Source of the DNA: the human T2T-CHM13v2.0 reference genome, Homo sapiens
Length of the DNA: 64,000 nt
Assembly: GCF_009914755.1 (NCBI RefSeq)
Contig: NC_060927.1
Direction: 5' to 3' (one strand)
A program made the translations under genes and the position numbers. Positions within the stretch are counted from its first letter, which is position 1. Each line of letters opens with the position of its first letter. The notes under the pieces were generated by a model. It was not told the DNA's origin, searched no databases, and saw nothing but the letters and a program-made list of their open reading frames with translations. Positions 59,751 through 64,000 of the stretch are shown here, piece by piece.

Positions 59751-62298
59751 CTATATTCCAACTGTTATGGCTCAGCTCCAAAGTGGATGACAACCAGGAA
59801 CCAGGGCTAGTGTGTGATCTACTCTGAATACCACACCCCAACCTCTGGATCAGACCTTATATGCTAATACTTTCCTGCTTCTTTGAAAGCTGCCATTTTG
59901 ACTGCTGCTTATGTCACTATAGGACATAAGGAATGAATGAAAGAAATAATCGTATTATGGGCAAAGTTGGTTTATTTGGATGTTTTATCCAATCAAGCAC
60001 TCCATTAACTGGCACACTCCCTATTTGTGAAACAAGAGTTAGTGAATATGGTATCCATTCTCCTTTACATCCCCAGGTCTTTCTGCTCTGCTATGTACCA
60101 GGAGACCAGCCCACATGTGGATTGTTTCATTCAGGTTTCTTGGCCCAGCTCACCTTCTTTCAGCCAATGGAAAGCACCAGTAGGAGACTAGAAGACAGGA
60201 GGAACCCATGGTGTACCCTCTGTCTACAGGCCCTCCTAGCCGCCCTTCCTGCAAAGCTCCAGCTCTCCCTGGGTTCCAGTAACACTGCCACCGCTGTCTG
60301 CCCACCAAGTCCCTCTAATAGTAGCTTCTGACTATTGCTAGTCCCAGGGCATCTCAGAGTCTCTTGCTGGTTCCTTTAACCTTGCCCACACATCTTGAAG
60401 CGGTCCCTTCATGAACATCTCTTTTTCTGCTGGAACTTTGATTGATTCCTTAATGCTCTTAAAAATGTTTCAAGATATTACAGAACCTGGAAGAGCTTCT
60501 AAATCTCAAGGGCAGGTGAAATTGTGTCCATTCTGATGGTTCATGATTAATGAATTATGGGCTTTTAAAACTTTGAAAACTTGTAATCCATATGTGATTT
60601 TTGTGGTAACTTCCTGTTAGTGACAACACCATATTTCCCAATGTTACTCAACAATGGATCATAAGGAGCATTTACTGAGCAATGGGTATGCACCAAGAAT
60701 TATTTAAACCACTTTACATACCTTATTCCACTTAATCATCCCAACAACTATATATTATGACTTACTGTTTTACACATGAGGAAACTTAGAACCAAAAAGG
60801 TTAACTTGCCTAAGGTCACCCAGCTGTCGAGTGATGGAACTACTTGAGATTTCCCTTAAAGCTGTTTCCCATGACATAGCACCTCTCTTGAAGAAGACAA
60901 ATATATTCAGGTACCATCTGACCACAGCAATTTTTCAAGTGGGGCCATTCAGAATGCTCAATGCTCCAAACACCATCGTCTGGGCAACAAACCCTGAAAA
61001 GTCTCTTCAGTGTGACTGTTGAGTGTCCAGCACAGTGTTTACCAATCTTCAAACTTTCTCTTCCTCCTCTTGTTATATTTTGCTCTTTAAGTTCCTTCCA
61101 CTTGGCTAAAGCCCCCCTAGAATATCTCATGAGAAATCAAAATGTTCCAGGCCAGAGGACAAGATATGATTCTATAACATAGAAGATGTTTTTCAGTCCT
61201 AAATCAACTGCCGTATACCCCCCAACTCCAGCTGTAAGCTGGCACATAAATATCAAGCAATCAGAAACTGCCTCACAAAATTCATGCCTGCCTGCTAAAA
61301 GCAGGCAGAGCCTGCCAAGATTGGGAGCAGGAAGGTGTTGGATTGCAGTCACTCGAACTTGCAGTGACTGTCAGATCCTCAGTTTATAGAAGCTAGGAGT
61401 CTAATCCCACACAAGTGTAAAGCAATTTTCACTTCACTCAGATGTTGGTTATTAACAGGATGTTCCCACCATCTCATTTCTCTGTTACAGCTGTGGAGTC
61501 CTCCAGAGAGGTCACCCGAGGATGGAGAGCCTTGGTTTTCTTATTAATTGATGTTTAAAAATAGTGAAGAGGAACTCATCTGCGGGATGCTGCATATGCA
61601 CCCCAGGTCTGACATGCTCAGCAGCCAGCAGATTGGGAAGGTGGCCTTGCTGAGGCCTGCCTCAACCCTCCTCACGATAGGTGTTCCAAGGAAGGGTGAA
61701 GTGATGGGGGTTGCCCTGAAGCTTGGGATCAGCTTCCTCGGGTTCCAACTCCCTCTCCTTCACCAAGTCCTTTAGAATCATAAATTTTTGTCCTGCTTAT
61801 TAGTCAATTCCCAATTGACCAAATTGTGAATTAGTCCCCTGATCCAAGTGGACCTTCTCCAAATGCCACTGGTTAGGGAGGAGCCCTTCACCCTATGCCC
61901 ACTTCTCTTTCCCATGGCACTTTGTTGTAAATCAGGAGGCAGTCACCCCTCCATAACACTTTGCTCTTACCATGAAAAAGGTAGGATTGTAGATGTATGT
62001 TCTTGATAGCGGTAACCTTGGATCTTAAATTCTTAGAGAACATTAAGGATAGGAATGGCAGTGGGTTTCATCCTGTCTCTCAATTGAGGGATTGGTGGAA
62101 ACGTGGTGTTGGGAACATATCTGAAGCTGTCTCTGAATTTAGTGAGAAGAATGATCACTTAGCAATGCCCGCCTTGAATATAGGAGGAGTAGGAGTATCT
62201 CCTGTGTCACATGTATGTCATTCCTCATCTATTCCTGAGGTTTAATTTTTAGTAGAGGAATATGGAGTAGGTCCATAGATATTAAAATGACACTCTCA

Positions 62299-62604
62299 GG
62301 CCATGCAGTGACTCACACCTGTAATCCCAGCACTTTGGGAGGCCGAGGCAGCCAGATCCCTTGAGCCCAGGAGTTCAAGACCAGCCTGGACAAATAGCGA
62401 GACCTTGTCTCTACTAGAAACACAATACAAAAAATTAGCCAGGCATAGTGGCACACTCTTGTAGTCCCTGCTACTCAGGAGGTTGAGGTGGGAGAATCAC
62501 CTGATCCCAGGGAGTCGAGGCTGCAGTGAGCCATGAACGCACTGAGGCACTCCAGCCTGGGCAACAGGAGTGAAACCCTGTCCCTCCCCTGCCCCCCAAA
62601 AAAA
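62299..62604 (+). mobile_element. AluJ
   Basis: Diagnostic cttgagcccaggagttcaagaccagcctgg and gtcgaggctgcagtgagccatga. TSD gacactctca. Confidence 0.92.
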
Positions 62605-64000
62605 GACACTCTCAAATTTCTGTAACTACTCTGGCAGTTGAGGTATGAATCTAGCTATATCACCTGATTCCTGGTGCAGTTCTCATCTCACCACACCAAA
62701 CTGCTTATTTCACAGCTTCTTGCACAGCGTGCCTACAAGGTCTAGGGCCCAGCACTTCAGCATCAGGGTTTAAACATAAACATACACATACATACATTCA
62801 GGCTTTCATTGTGGTTTTGTTAGTAAGGCCTTTCCCTCACAACATCTGAAACAAAATTCTAAAAAAACAGTTTCCTAAAAAAGCAACCCTATGGAACTAG
62901 GCCATGCCAGGAAATGAGTTAGCCCAGGAACCCTACTGCAAAAACATCAGTCAGAGAGGACCTCACACCTCTCCAGACTGAGATGGTGGGCTCACATAGC
63001 AGAGCATTATCATCAGACATTACTGCATGTCCTCTAAATGTGATGATTAATACTTTAAAGCAGCATTTCCTGAAGCATGTTTCATGAACACTAGCTCTAC
63101 AGGCAGCTCCAGAAAGTAAACTGTTCTGCAGTCAAATAAGGTTTGAGAACCCTTCCCACTGTACCCTTCCCTTAGGAACTCATCATGCAGAACAATGTTA
63201 AAGAGTCTTAAAGAGTTCTGCAGCAAATAAATGTGTTAGGTTTTCTAATATTTTCCAAACTTGTTTAGCCCTCTCTTTCTCTGTCATGAAATACATATAT
63301 TAATATCCAACCAAAGACATTTTAAGAAGTTTGCATTGAAGTGTTAAGAAAATATACATCTCTATTACATGTTTTAGAGGCATTTTCTCTGAGAACAAAG
63401 AAGTTAAAATACAAGTGGGGCAAGTTGACTTCATACTCCATGCTTGGCAAAGTGCCAACAACATACTGTTTGTTCAGTATTTTTTATTATATTAAATTAA
63501 TAAACAAATGAGACACCTATGAATGCATTTGGTATTTTGCCCAATTTCCATAGACCCTGCCTCTATTTTTCCCTGATGTCTCTCTTGATCAACTTCTCTC
63601 CCCTACCTCCTCCTAAAATGTTAAGCTTCTATCTGAAGCCAAATCCAAGTTACTACAAATTCTTATCATCATGAAACTAGCTCAGAAATTAGAGTGGCAG
63701 AGATAGCTGGGTTTCTTCACAGCCTGGGGCAGATTTCAATATGTGCCACAGGTCCCCCTGCCTTCTCTCCACAGTTAAGTAGGGCCACACAGCTTTGTTC
63801 AGGCATGAGTCTCAGGCCCTGCCCAGTGACAAATCCAGGGTAGTGCCCATGTGGCAGTAATTAACTTAATACCTGGACTTGTTTTCCACGGTGGCCCAAT
63901 GACTGGCATCCACTCCTTCTGCCCTATTTTCATATATATCACTTTTTGTTTTACTAGTTTCTAAAAGACTTCCTCTTGAAACCAAAGAGTTTGCAACATT

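Overview
Primate (human-like: AluY, L1PA) genomic DNA lying inside the copine-4 gene (CPNE4) on the minus strand. Four consecutive internal coding exons are present (51141-51320, 27580-27651, 24202-24276, 13552-13635). All are GT-AG flanked and phase 0-0, and they splice into 137 aa covering most of C2A and the start of C2B. The rest is intron, dominated by interspersed repeats: a ~12 kb nested L1 block at 1-11935, further L1s, ten Alus, MaLR/ERV LTRs, MER DNA transposons, MIR/L2 and microsatellites. Almost all ORFs in the supplied track are L1/Alu remnants or chance ORFs. I see no evidence of a new gene system. The most unusual structures are two apparent templated-insertion fossils. One is a ~101 bp composite at 51599-51699, made of an inverted copy of nearby intron plus a direct copy of CPNE4 coding exon. 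The other is a ~65 bp inverted copy inserted into an MLT1 LTR at 29395-29461. Repeat subfamily names are from memory of consensus sequences, and their boundaries are approximate.
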